Origin: Schizochytrium sp. TIO01
Lineage: Eukaryota; Protista; Bigyra: Labyrinthulomycetes
Direction of reading: 5' to 3'
DNA length: 64,000 bases
NCBI GenBank assembly: GCA_004764695.1
Contig: SMSO01000014.1
Location: forward strand, 6,190,029-6,254,028
Position 1 is the stretch's first letter, and every line of letters begins with the position of its first letter. Below the pieces are notes generated by a model. That model saw nothing but the letters and a program-made list of their open reading frames with translations, was not told where the DNA came from and did not search any database. A program made the position numbers and the translations under genes. Positions 53,694 through 64,000 of the stretch are shown piece by piece.

Positions 53694-55733
53694 TTATTGG
53701 AGATTATTAACCAGTTCCATGTACGCCTCGCGCTCGACGTCGATACCATGGTTTCTTTGAATAAAATTCATTGCTTGAGCAATGAGACGCTTGCGGAACT
53801 CCATCGTATGGTCTGATAATATTCGTGTGACCTGTGTAACAAATTCACTCGGAGAATGAAAGACAAGACCAGAGTATTCATGTTTAATGAGCCGTAGGTT
53901 CCCCTCAATAGCCCGAGCTATAACTGGAGTCCCAATGGCCATCGCCTCAAGTATGGCTCCACTCATACCTTCAGATTCAGACGAATTGATCAACACATCT
54001 GCATCTTGAATCGCCTGCAAAATGCTTGTGTGAGGAACTTCGCTATGGTAGACTACGGAGCTGTCCGTGGTTTCCTGAACCCAGGCCTTAATTTCAGAGT
54101 ATACATCTTGATCCAAGCTGGGCCCGACAATAACAAGGTGAGCGAGGGGGTGCAGCTTGCGAACAAGAGACCAAACTTCTCGCAAGTATGTTGGGGCTTT
54201 CACCCTACGCAGGCCGCATATAAGTAACACTACTTGAGAAGTTTTGGGTAGTCCACAGGCTTTGCGCACAGACCAGCGGCTGATCTTTCTTGACTCATTA
54301 ATGCTTCTGATCATGTTTTTGCAATCGACACCTTGTGGAATAATATGAATTTGGGGCATTCTATCGTATTCCCTGAGCTCCTTAGCCATTTCTGGACTGA
54401 AAGAAACGACTGCAGAGCTCTTGCGAAAGCTCTCTACGACAAAGCTTGCGTTCAAAGAGCGGTCCTCAACTGAATCGTCTCCTTTCTTCATACTGACGTT
54501 GACGTCTGTGCCGCCAGTTACAATGAGAACATTATAAGAATGGTTTTCATGCAGCGGTTGAGTAAGGTGACCAACCCTCTTCGCATTAATTCCGATGACA
54601 GTGGTTACTTGAGCTTGCTTCAGCAACGGTAGCACCATATTCACATCTTTGCAAGCCTTTACATTTATGAATAGGGTAGAACATCCAGTTTGTTCTAGTA
54701 TCGAAGCAATTCGACGCGCCGTGGTTAGGTTACCTGTTCCAAGAGTTGTAACTGTAAGAATAGCAATACATTGCGTCGTTCTCCTGGAGCCTGCCAAATC
54801 AGATGTCAACATTGCTGCCAGGCATGAAGCATCTGAAGAAACTGAGCATAGGTTTAGCTGCAAATCATTCTCCAGTACTTGCCGCAGCTGTTCGGATTTC
54901 AAAAGAGTAAGTTCTGACTCGCGCTCAGGTGATTGCGAGAACTCGTCAGGCCCGAGTGGCCAACACCCTTCCTCAGTATCCTTAATTCCAGTACAGCAAA
55001 CACCAGGATGTACCATGAGTTCTATGGATCTCATCGTACTTGGCACTGCCAAGACAGCATCCACTAGGTTTTGCTCTGTGAGATACTGTCCCATCAAAGC
55101 CATGCCAACAAATGCATCTGAAGATCGCCGGATACCCCGCGTTTTGAAGATGTTTTCATAACTTGCTTGAGCATCTCGAGAAACATTACGATAGAACTCC
55201 TCTTTTCCAGGAGGAAGCGCATCGAAGAAATCGGATTGGAAAAAAAGCTCACTTGGGACACGCACCTCCCTCAGTTGATACTGCTGCATCATGATGGCTA
55301 CCGCTGTCGCCACGGGCTCGAGAACATGGGCATGGTTGTGCCCATCTACATGCACAGGGAGGTACCCTGTCAGATCCTTAAACTTGCAAATTTGCGCTTC
55401 GACCTCGCGCAGAAGGTCTTCGGAGCACAATAGACCGCGTTGGGCAAGATCTGCAAGTCCTGAGGGTCCAATGAAGCATTCGTTAAACCCGACCAAAGAT
55501 TTGGGAACAGGCTTTGCAAGCGGAGCTCCTTCCGTCACGTTAATGTGAAGGCCCATGGGAAGACCTGCTTGCAATGCCTTTCGGGCTGCAGACTCTGCAG
55601 AGCGCCCATTCACGAGAAGGGTTGTACGTGTGACCAAACCGTTGCTAAACGAGTCCAGGATGCCATTATCTCTGACAACTCCATAGCCAAAGTCGTCAGC
55701 CGTCACGATTAGCTGCCTTGGCGACATCTGCAT
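53694..55733 (-). CDS. Fusion of YdjC/YDJC carbohydrate deacetylase and GLT1D1-like GT-B glycosyltransferase
   Basis: N-half LIVTADDFGY, GLHIN.TEG, HVDGHNHAH, ELMVHPG, DEFSQSPERE.E; C-half TGN..TA.RI, GGTDVN, LLICGLR.VK.P.YL, HLVIVGP, NSSESEGMSGAILEAM, ARAIEGN; single open frame. Confidence 0.9.
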   Translation of the reverse strand: MQMSPRQLIVTADDFGYGVVRDNGILDSFSNGLVTRTTLLVNGRSAESAARKALQAGLPMGLHINVTEGAPLAKPVPKSLVGFNECFIGPSGLADLAQRGLLCSEDLLREVEAQICKFKDLTGYLPVHVDGHNHAHVLEPVATAVAIMMQQYQLREVRVPSELFFQSDFFDALPPGKEEFYRNVSRDAQASYENIFKTRGIRRSSDAFVGMALMGQYLTEQNLVDAVLAVPSTMRSIELMVHPGVCCTGIKDTEEGCWPLGPDEFSQSPERESELTLLKSEQLRQVLENDLQLNLCSVSSDASCLAAMLTSDLAGSRRTTQCIAILTVTTLGTGNLTTARRIASILEQTGCSTLFINVKACKDVNMVLPLLKQAQVTTVIGINAKRVGHLTQPLHENHSYNVLIVTGGTDVNVSMKKGDDSVEDRSLNASFVVESFRKSSAVVSFSPEMAKELREYDRMPQIHIIPQGVDCKNMIRSINESRKISRWSVRKACGLPKTSQVVLLICGLRRVKAPTYLREVWSLVRKLHPLAHLVIVGPSLDQDVYSEIKAWVQETTDSSVVYHSEVPHTSILQAIQDADVLINSSESEGMSGAILEAMAIGTPVIARAIEGNLRLIKHEYSGLVFHSPSEFVTQVTRILSDHTMEFRKRLIAQAMNFIQRNHGIDVEREAYMELVNNLQ

Positions 55734-56894
55734 CTTCCACACCCAGCTCAACCAGCGCCAGCCGCTATGGTCCTTGCTTGTCTGGTCTTCACGGTCGTCC
55801 TCAGAGACTTGCGAGTCCTCGAACTGGGTATTGGGACTTTGTTGTACTCGTTTTAGCCTTTCCTAAACTAATAGATGTCATAAAATTAAGTTTCGGATTT
55901 GCAAGCTCCTCGAACCACGCGAATCAGCCAGTCACAGCAAGCAAAGTGCTCAAGAGCGCGGCACATGATCTCATGAAGCGAAAGATGATACTAATCGCAA
56001 TGAAGATGATGTTGGAAGCGACCTTAGCAAAGGATGCAAAAGGGGAACATGGTTAGTTATATGGAATCTTGTCTTGGAACAACTGTTTTATTTAGTTGGA
56101 CACGTCATTCAGGGCTACGTGGTCTTGCTGCCCTCCTGAAGGCTTTTCGTGGGCTGCAATCGAATCCACATTTCGTCCTCACTGTTGTCTCAGAAACGTT
56201 CTTCATAAAAGTAATCCAAACCATGGGTACCATGATATGGCGCATGAGATCCCATCTTGCAAAGACGAAACAGGGTAGGTAACTAAGTATAAAAGTAGTA
56301 CATGGTGAAAAGAAGAACAGTAGAAAAATAGACGAAATACTAATAAATTTGAGGTGATGGGACTAAAAGTAAACATTACATAAAATGATGACGATTATGC
56401 AGGACAAACTGATATTCATTGTGACCCAGACAGGAATATACTAGCTGCTTACATGGTGTTGGGTGTCCAGGGTATATGGCCATCCAGTTCGGTTGCTAGG
56501 GGATATGGGGAACAACAGAACAAGCAATTCGTAAAAGCAACAAAAAACGGAGAGATCAGCCACATAAGAAATAATCTCATTAAAAAAAAAATAATAATAA
56601 AATCGATTTTCAACTCGAAAACTTCAATCAATTCTAATTTTAAGCCAAACTCTGGGCCGGTCATCTTCATCAAACTCTCTAATAAATAAAGACATTTTGG
56701 GAAAGGAGAGAGGAGCTTCACTACTGGCTGGTGACTTTCCAAAACGTCGAACCTGAAGCGAAAAGCGTAAGAAGTCCCCCCTCCCTCTTTCTCTCTCTCT
56801 GTCTCCAGTTACACTGAGGGAGAGGATTGCGTAGTTAGTCAGTTTGACAGAAGTGAAGCAAATTCGAATCTTTGAAGGCGCTCGACTCTCAAAA

Positions 56895-58889
56895 ATGTCG
56901 GGAGCTCAGGACTATGCGTCGCTCTCTGCCGTTGAGGCAGATCTGGACACAGTGATGACACTTCCTCCAGCTTCCTCGATCTCCACTGCGTCCTCGGCCC
57001 CCGTGCCAGCAGGAATCCGCAGTCATGGAGGCATGGGCCTCATGTCAAGAAGTGGAAACTCCTTTTCTGACCAAGGACATTCACATGAACATCATGGGCA
57101 TTCACACGAAGACCACGGACATTCGCATGAATTCCATGGACACTCACATGGGCACCATGGACATTCGCATGAGTTCCACGGCCATTCCCACGGTGAGGAG
57201 GACTTTTATGACGATATGGAAGGAACGTTGGAGGATCTTGACCAAGACGCTCTCGCAGACGCACTGCTGGCCATGGGCATCGAAGAAATGGCCAATGGAG
57301 GTACTGGAGACGGCCGTGGCGAGGACCAAAATGACGAGGAGCATGAGGAGCGCGAGAAGGACCAGCAACGACAGCAGGGCGACAAAGAGAAGCAGGATAA
57401 TGACCCGAACGTAACAAACTTCCAGTCTGCAGCTCGAAATGCATTTCGTGAGCTTTTTCAACAATTTGGCCAAGACCCGAGTCAGTTTGGCATGGACTTG
57501 GACGAAGACGGACCCACGAAGCCCCTGGAACACTCGAAGAAATCACCATTTCGCACAGTGGTTGACAACTCAGATGATGAAGATGACGAAATCATGGAGG
57601 CCAATCAAACAAGAAAAGAAACCACCGATGCCAGCACTGAAGATGGAGATGATGCCGAAGATGAAGACGAGGCTGATAGTAATGAAGAAGATGACTCGAG
57701 TGCGGATTCGGATGAAGACCAGGACGATGGTCTTTGTTATCCAACGCAAATCTTCTTCGCAGTGAACGGCGTACAAAACTCAACGCAAAATGGTTTGCAG
57801 GAGATTGGCGCACTCTCCGCCACAAAACCTGAGCAGATCGTTCTTAGTTTGGATCAGCAAACCCGATCTGTTGATATCGAATACTCCTTTTTCGCCACTG
57901 GCGAGGACACGGCAACAATAGTGGCGGCTGTAAGTATTCCAGTGGATCAAGTGCGCGCGGAACTGCGCACATCAGCGCTACCGCGAGGCCCTTCAACACA
58001 AACAATGTTACTCTTGACATTGCAGAATCATCTTGCGGAGGGCTCTTTTTTGGCACAAGAAATGATGGGAGAGAACGCGTTTGAAGAAGTTTCGGACTGG
58101 ACAGATGAAAAATGCGCGTCTCGCGCTGATGCCATTGTTGTTATTGGACGCACGGCTGATTTGATCGACTTTGCTGCAATTTTTGCTCGCCAATTTCCTG
58201 AGTCAGGAGTTGCTTTGGTTGAAGGCGGCACATCCTCTTCTCAAGACCAGTCAGATGCAGATAACGAAAATGACGTGCAGAATGCTAAGCAAAATTACCG
58301 TACGCCAGCTCGAGAGGGGGCTCTCATTGATTCGGACGATGAAGACGAACTTGAAGAAGTATCGGATGCTGATATGATGATAAAGAATGGCGACCATGCC
58401 AATCGCAAGACCTCTCGTAAGAAGTCTCCTACCCAAGAAGACGATAATAACGCAAATATGCCTCCTTTTCCTAGTGATGACGATGTGTATGAGCCTCTGC
58501 CTGTTACGGAGCAAGATATTCTCGCTGCGATGCTGGAGGGAGGACTGCAACTTCAAGGTGATGATCCTTTAGCAAAGCTCAATGATGAGGACCTACAGGC
58601 TGCAGATGAATTTGTAAAGGCTCTGCTGATGGATGATGACGATGATGAAAAAATTGAAGTTGGGGACCGTAAGAACTTAGGAACGGAGGAAACCAACGAC
58701 AATAGCAACAACAATACGGACAACTGGAAATTCGGAAATGATGACAATTATGAAAATGACATGATTGATACTGGTTTGGACATGGATGATGACTCTTTAG
58801 GCTCTGATTTGCTGCAGAGCGGGGACTTGGACGACGACCTAGCCGATGTTTTTGCTGATCTCGGTGCGCTACCCGCCTCTAAAGAGTGA
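56895..58889 (+). CDS. Very acidic protein with N-terminal (HGHSHE)n His-rich repeats
   Basis: Long ORF; GHSHEHHGHSHEDHGHSHEFHGHSHGHHGHSHEFHGHSHG; one short folded-looking central region. Confidence 0.75.
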   Translation: MSGAQDYASLSAVEADLDTVMTLPPASSISTASSAPVPAGIRSHGGMGLMSRSGNSFSDQGHSHEHHGHSHEDHGHSHEFHGHSHGHHGHSHEFHGHSHGEEDFYDDMEGTLEDLDQDALADALLAMGIEEMANGGTGDGRGEDQNDEEHEEREKDQQRQQGDKEKQDNDPNVTNFQSAARNAFRELFQQFGQDPSQFGMDLDEDGPTKPLEHSKKSPFRTVVDNSDDEDDEIMEANQTRKETTDASTEDGDDAEDEDEADSNEEDDSSADSDEDQDDGLCYPTQIFFAVNGVQNSTQNGLQEIGALSATKPEQIVLSLDQQTRSVDIEYSFFATGEDTATIVAAVSIPVDQVRAELRTSALPRGPSTQTMLLLTLQNHLAEGSFLAQEMMGENAFEEVSDWTDEKCASRADAIVVIGRTADLIDFAAIFARQFPESGVALVEGGTSSSQDQSDADNENDVQNAKQNYRTPAREGALIDSDDEDELEEVSDADMMIKNGDHANRKTSRKKSPTQEDDNNANMPPFPSDDDVYEPLPVTEQDILAAMLEGGLQLQGDDPLAKLNDEDLQAADEFVKALLMDDDDDEKIEVGDRKNLGTEETNDNSNNNTDNWKFGNDDNYENDMIDTGLDMDDDSLGSDLLQSGDLDDDLADVFADLGALPASKE

Positions 58890-58894
58890 TCAAT

Positions 58895-60751
58895 TTAAAG
58901 TAATTCAAGGGAGCGAAACAAGTCTGCGAGCTCCTTCGCGTACGCCTGAGGATTCTTGTAAAATACGCAATTGTTCGCACAGTGCTCCCACGGAGCACTA
59001 GCTGCACCAAGAGTACTTGATGAAGCTGTCGCAGCAGCGGCGGCAATAGTCGGGTCTTCTTGCTGATGAAAGAATGCGTTTGCTCCACGTGACGACGAGT
59101 TTGAAAATGGGCTAGGGTTTTTAGCTGCTGATCGGGCTGCTGCACAGCTGCACAGGGCAGGCAGCTTCACTCCCTTTGAGCCTTGCGCAAGATCCTCAAG
59201 GCGACGCTGAAGGGCTGCAATGTAGCGAAGACTCTCCTCCTTCTCACGCCGCTTTTGTGTTGCTGTCGATTCTGCTGTAGAAGACTCCGAAGACTTGGTG
59301 GAAAAAGCTCCCGGCGAAGATTGGTGAGCAGTAGGCTCATTACTTTTCTGATTTTGATGATAATTGATTTCTGCAACTTCTTGCTTTGATTCGACGTTTG
59401 ATGACGCAGCTGGGGACTTTTGGTGTAACCTTGATGACTTTACTCGATCACCCCGCGGCGTTCCTGCACTGTCGGCTGGTGCTTTCTTCGCTAAAGTAGT
59501 TGACTTGGTCAGGTTCATTCGAGATTCAGTTCTGTTTGGCCCTGTTTTGCGAGAGTTTGGTGCCTTTCCTGTGCTCAGACTATGCTTTGCACGAGAATTG
59601 GACGGAGCGGTGGCCTTGCAAGTTCTTTGCGGAGGTTGGGGCGGCTTTTTACTTTCTGAAAGTTTCTCTTCTCGCTCCTTGCGTGCAAGGTAGAGCTTTT
59701 CTTGTTCCTCCTTGACGCGCTGTTTATGCTCAAGCACAGCTCGGCGGCGTCTTGCGAGGATGCGATTGAAGGCAGCCTCCTTCTTGCGTACATTGGCCTG
59801 GTGCTTGGCAATCCTTTCTTTGCTGTGAACAGCTTCGATGCCATGAAATGAGGTGTCAAGTTCGCGTGTTGGCATTGCAGGAACAAAAGAATTGGGCCCG
59901 GTCACCCCGCCCGTCGGGAATACTGGAAGGTCCTCATCATCTTGTCTTTGTGATCGTGGCGTTGTTGATGCAGTTTCCTCTTTTGAGATAATCCTAAACG
60001 ACGGCCTTCCCTTCGTGAACCTCAGCATACTCTGCCTCGCTGCCATTGCTTGAGAATGCGTCTCATTAAAGCTTCGATTTAGTTCCTCCAGGTCTTCATT
60101 CCCTGTGAGGAACCCACTCGTATCCAGCTCCTCACGATCTGCAAACAAATTTTTCCCCTTTGCCTCTGGGTCTTCAATTTCTCTATGTTTACTTTCCGCA
60201 AGATGATCTACAAATCCTGTACCTTTTCTATCAAACTTGTTGCCCATCCCTTTCGTTTTATTTCTAGCTTCCATCTTCAATCTCGTCTTAATCACATCCA
60301 GCTCCTCTTCTTCAGCTGCATTATCCGCATCTTCTTCCGACGGTTCTTCTGCCAATTCCCTTAAATATTTTGCCCTGACCGAGGATGAGTTTAGAAAAGC
60401 CTCTGCTTCTGCCTCTTCAGCAGCCGCCTTCTCTGCTCTCCGTCTTGCGACCCGTGCTTTTGTCCTGAGCCCAAACGCCCTCAATTCATCTTCCCTCGCG
60501 TCTCTCCGTGCCGCCGCTTCTTCATTTATTTCTGCAGCCCGAGCACGTGCGTTGTCGTGTTTACGAACAGCATGAACATGCACGAGCACCGGCACGCTGT
60601 GCGAAGCGGCGTTGAACTCGAGTTGTATGTTGTGGATGGGCTGGGATACCGAAGAGACCAAGCGAGGCGATATACATGCACTACTACTCTGCGAAGAGCC
60701 TGACGAGTGCCGGGCCAGGGAGAGCTGCGTGCTGCCGCTTAGGCGATACAT
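58895..60751 (-). CDS. CCDC15: CCDC15-like centriolar coiled-coil protein
   Basis: C-terminal LRYIAALQ...LPALCSC...CANNCVFYKNPQAYAKEL matches the CCDC15 tail as I recall it (RYVEAL...LPPLC.C...CANNCIFYKN..AY); start codon uncertain. Confidence 0.75.
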   Translation of the reverse strand: MYRLSGSTQLSLARHSSGSSQSSSACISPRLVSSVSQPIHNIQLEFNAASHSVPVLVHVHAVRKHDNARARAAEINEEAAARRDAREDELRAFGLRTKARVARRRAEKAAAEEAEAEAFLNSSSVRAKYLRELAEEPSEEDADNAAEEEELDVIKTRLKMEARNKTKGMGNKFDRKGTGFVDHLAESKHREIEDPEAKGKNLFADREELDTSGFLTGNEDLEELNRSFNETHSQAMAARQSMLRFTKGRPSFRIISKEETASTTPRSQRQDDEDLPVFPTGGVTGPNSFVPAMPTRELDTSFHGIEAVHSKERIAKHQANVRKKEAAFNRILARRRRAVLEHKQRVKEEQEKLYLARKEREEKLSESKKPPQPPQRTCKATAPSNSRAKHSLSTGKAPNSRKTGPNRTESRMNLTKSTTLAKKAPADSAGTPRGDRVKSSRLHQKSPAASSNVESKQEVAEINYHQNQKSNEPTAHQSSPGAFSTKSSESSTAESTATQKRREKEESLRYIAALQRRLEDLAQGSKGVKLPALCSCAAARSAAKNPSPFSNSSSRGANAFFHQQEDPTIAAAAATASSSTLGAASAPWEHCANNCVFYKNPQAYAKELADLFRSLELL

Positions 60752-60789
60752 TTCGGAAAATTATCTTGGCGGGCTCGCGTTCCCGCGCA

Positions 60790-60790
<1 letters not shown>

Positions 60791-60819
<29 letters not shown>
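60791..60819. repeat. (TGCC)n microsatellite
   Basis: About 7 copies seen directly. Confidence 0.9.
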
Positions 60820-60820
<1 letters not shown>

Positions 60821-61748
60821 GATCGCTTTCCGGTTTACTTTGCCTTCTCGCTGATTTTAAGGATTGTTTGATTTGCGCGCTTTTACTTACCGGACGGTTT
60901 TGGAAAAAATTATAAAAGCGTCTGAGAAAATCAAACGGAAACGAAAGCAAGAGTTCTTGGGGAAGTGCTACTGTTTAGGTTGAGGGAAGACTACGCAGTG
61001 GTATACGAGGGGAAAGAGCAACGGCTGTGCTTATGTATTTGATTGCCAGGGTTGAAGAAGGAAATTGAAGACGAATTGTAGAACTTGAGAGGTGCTCTGT
61101 CTCATCAGAGAGAAGGTTATAGATAGGCAAGCCCAGATACGCTGCCAGACCGAGATACTGACTTATGAGGTAGCAAATTAGATCTGGAACTCGGTCATGT
61201 AGGAAAGCGTAGACTATATTTTTACATCAATCAACTACATCACCCTGCTATTGAAGTACGTGTTGGTGCCAAAGGATTCCTCTTTGATATATAATACATA
61301 GAACCTGTCCTTTCTAGCTAGAATCATAAGATCTTAAATCAGAACTGCATAGGTGCTTTCTGTTTTGCTATCATTTCGTCCACAGCTTCACAAGTTGAAC
61401 TTGAGAGGAATCAGATAACTTATATATTGTCGGTTCTCGATGTCGCAGTAACCCAATAAGAACTCCATTAGAACTCCATTGGCTACCCAACAAATAAATT
61501 TACTCTTTAGATTGAGAGAGGTTCTTTCGCAACGCCAAGTCGTGGAGTTGTTTTCTCTTCGTTGACGCTCTCGTGCAAACTCTGAATACGAATAAGGCAT
61601 ATGCGTCGAAACTCGTGTGACTTCCTTCCCACACATAGGTTATTTTAAAGTTAAATAAACAAAAAGCACCTTTAACTCGAACGAGCATTCTGGTCATCTT
61701 CAAGCGGAAAGCGCACACGTGGAATGCAAACCTTGAAGCCTTGCCAAA

Positions 61749-62468
61749 ATGGACTCGACAGCAAGCGATGCCACGCAGACTATGCAGCCTCTGCGTGTGA
61801 AGTATGACTCTCCTTCACCTCAATCCGTGGCTTCACACGTGAAGACGGTGTATTTAGTGCGCCATGCGGAGTCCATCGAGAATGAGAAGTTAGGTAGCCT
61901 GAAGCGGTGGGCGAAAACGTGGAGTCGCCAGGACTTTTGGCACGGCGTGAGCCTTTGGAGTGAGCCCAACATGGCGGATACACCACTGTCTCAGAAGGGT
62001 CGGCAACAAGTTGAAACTTTGAGCTCTAAATTGCGGAAAGATGATTTCCTCAAAACGCAGGGCGTTGAAGTCGTACTCCACTCTCCACTTGAAAGAGCTC
62101 GCGAAACTTGCGACGGAGTGGTGGGGTCTGATTCAGATAACACGTACCCACGCGAAGAGCTTATTGATCTGCGTGAGAAAACTGTTGGCGAGTGGGTTCC
62201 GGGCTTTAAAGGCAGCTTGGATGAGCGCATTGCCAGCTTTGAACGTGCACTCTGTGCACGCAAAGAGGAGCGCATTTTGGTGGTGGGGCATTCGCAGTTC
62301 TTCCGGCACATGCTTGGCATGGCGGAGAAGTTCAAGAACTGCGACGTGTGGAAAGTTGAGCTCTCGAGAGATACCTTGGGAAGGCCCATCTGGTCTAACC
62401 CGGAGAATGTAGTTAGCGTATTTGATGAGGTGCCAGGAGAACTCGTATCTGCTCCTGCGCTCACTTAA
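61749..62468 (+). CDS. Histidine phosphatase (phosphoglycerate mutase-like) family protein
   Basis: YLVRHAES, DTPLS.KG..Q, HSPLERARET, LRE, VVGHS. Confidence 0.9.
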   Translation: MDSTASDATQTMQPLRVKYDSPSPQSVASHVKTVYLVRHAESIENEKLGSLKRWAKTWSRQDFWHGVSLWSEPNMADTPLSQKGRQQVETLSSKLRKDDFLKTQGVEVVLHSPLERARETCDGVVGSDSDNTYPREELIDLREKTVGEWVPGFKGSLDERIASFERALCARKEERILVVGHSQFFRHMLGMAEKFKNCDVWKVELSRDTLGRPIWSNPENVVSVFDEVPGELVSAPALT

Positions 62469-63383
62469 TAAGCTGGTTCCTTTGGCTCTATCGCTAGCAT
62501 GACCAAATTCAAGATAAAGATTGGAAAAGAAGACAAGAAAGTGAAAGCTTGCATATAGATACACCACAAAAGTTATATATTCGAGGAAATATTGATGTGG
62601 TTGTTTGAAGGAACAGTTTATAGATTTCCTTTACTGAGGTGAATGACATTACAAGATTCGAGATACAAACCTTCGGTAAGGAGAGAAGCTATTGAAAATA
62701 AATAAATTATAGAGTTTTTTTAGTATATATATATATATATGCATGTATCCGAGGAATACCTCCATCAGAGAGGCATGCGAAGCAAGAAATCTAATATAAG
62801 AATATCAAGAGAGGGCTGACAGCAAGCAAAACAGAGAAGAATATTTTTAGTTTTTTCATAAGTTTTTGTTGTTGTTGGATGAGGAGGAGATGCTGCGCAA
62901 TGACAAGCGCAGGGTTTCGAAAGTCAGGAATGATTTTCTGCAGAGATGAAACAAGCGTCGCACTGCATTGGCTATGAAAATAAGATGTTGGGAAAGACTA
63001 GCTTGCTGCAAGAGGCAAAGCCTCCTTTACCTCCTGTCGCAAGCAGCCTTGCCCTGTTCCCAACTGAGCTCATAACGTGGCCAGATGTCTGGTGATTTAA
63101 AAAAAAAAGGATTGATTGTGTGCAGTGCAAGAGGCACACGCAGAGCTCGGCAAACTAGACAGGTAGGTGGTAAAGGAGTAGGCGGCAAGCAAGCATGTAG
63201 GTAGGCGCATAGCTCGCATAAGCAAAGAAGTTCGTACTTACGCAGGAAAGTAGCTACGTCGTTTTTTTTTGAGGGGGGGGAGGGGGGTCGCTGTGAGGAG
63301 AAAAACACCTTGAAGTATGAGGCGTGGATTTAAATGGAGATAGATAAGCCTAGACCTCGTAAGTCAGCAAATCAACATGGTAC

Positions 63384-63914
63384 TTACTCCTCCGCGGTAG
63401 GGAAAATTTTCTCAAGGATGAGGCAGTTGGGCGGGTCAAGGCGCTTGTAATAGCCCTCAATAGTTTCTTTCTCCTCAAAGTCAAACTTCTTGCGGTAGAA
63501 CTCAATACCCTCCTTGTTCTCAGTCCACACGTGCAAAAAGATGCCGGCGGCGCCCAGCTCCTTAGCCTTCTCGATCATGAAGTCCAGAAGTTTGCTGCCA
63601 ATAGATCTGCCTCTGTATGCAGGCAATACCGCAAGCGTCATGACGTACAACATGACCTTACCGTCGCGCTCCTCGAGACGGCAACAGGCGGCGCCGACCA
63701 TGACGTCCTTAAAGTAGGCCAGCTTGGCGATGCCCTTGTTTGAGTACTCAACGACATCAGTGTAAAAGCTGTCCTTGTAGCGTACAGGCAAAATTGTCTC
63801 CTGAAGACGCCTCAACTGTCCAACATTGTTTACGTGGATCGGGCCGAAGTACACGTCCGGAGCCACTGCGATGGTGTCGCCGCTCGTGTCACCCTTGCCT
63901 TTGTCTCCCGCCAT
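63384..63914 (-). CDS. NAA50: N-alpha-acetyltransferase 50 (NatE catalytic subunit)
   Basis: LPVRY...FY, LAYF.D..VGA.CCR, LYVMTL.VL..YR...IGSKLL, LHV...N...I.FY, YYKRLDP. Confidence 0.9.
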   Translation of the reverse strand: MAGDKGKGDTSGDTIAVAPDVYFGPIHVNNVGQLRRLQETILPVRYKDSFYTDVVEYSNKGIAKLAYFKDVMVGAACCRLEERDGKVMLYVMTLAVLPAYRGRSIGSKLLDFMIEKAKELGAAGIFLHVWTENKEGIEFYRKKFDFEEKETIEGYYKRLDPPNCLILEKIFPTAEE

Positions 63915-64000
63915 CTTTAGAGATTACCCGCAAATATCCCAAGAGCCCCAATTCGCAACAGGACACTCACTGTTCAGCGAGCAGTCTGACCAATCAGCTG

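Overview
Eukaryotic, gene-dense, intron-poor nuclear DNA. A thraustochytrid/labyrinthulomycete-like stramenopile is inferred from gene style, PTxAPT/RRL-type secreted-protein motifs and a TTAGG tract; this is not confirmed. Most of the window is ordinary host genes: mitochondrial-type ProRS, YccV/HspQ-domain protein, TatD, TPR-like protein, COG0523/CobW GTPase (apparent 1-nt frameshift), methyltransferase, CSN4, a spliced 79-aa microprotein missed by the ORF track, CCP5/AGBL5, SPT16, Ulp1/SENP protease, CCDC15-like, histidine phosphatase and NAA50. Two things stand out. (1) A ~18 kb, mostly AT-richer, intronless, compact and partly decayed island (~6.76-24.95 kb) that looks like an endogenised large DNA virus or giant mobile element. 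It holds a co-oriented cluster of surface proteins (two gametolysin/M11-like paralogs, a catalytically dead sialate O-acetylesterase-like protein, two PAN/apple proteins), a phased repeat array upstream of an intact PD-(D/E)xK nuclease + kinase gene, and pseudogenised DUF6729-like, Fic and multi-C2H2 genes. I recognised no viral hallmark gene or terminal repeat. (2) An intact single-ORF fusion of a YdjC/YDJC carbohydrate deacetylase with a GLT1D1-like glycosyltransferase, suggesting that these two orphan enzymes form one glycosylate-then-deacetylate pathway. All family calls are from motif recognition by eye, not database searches.
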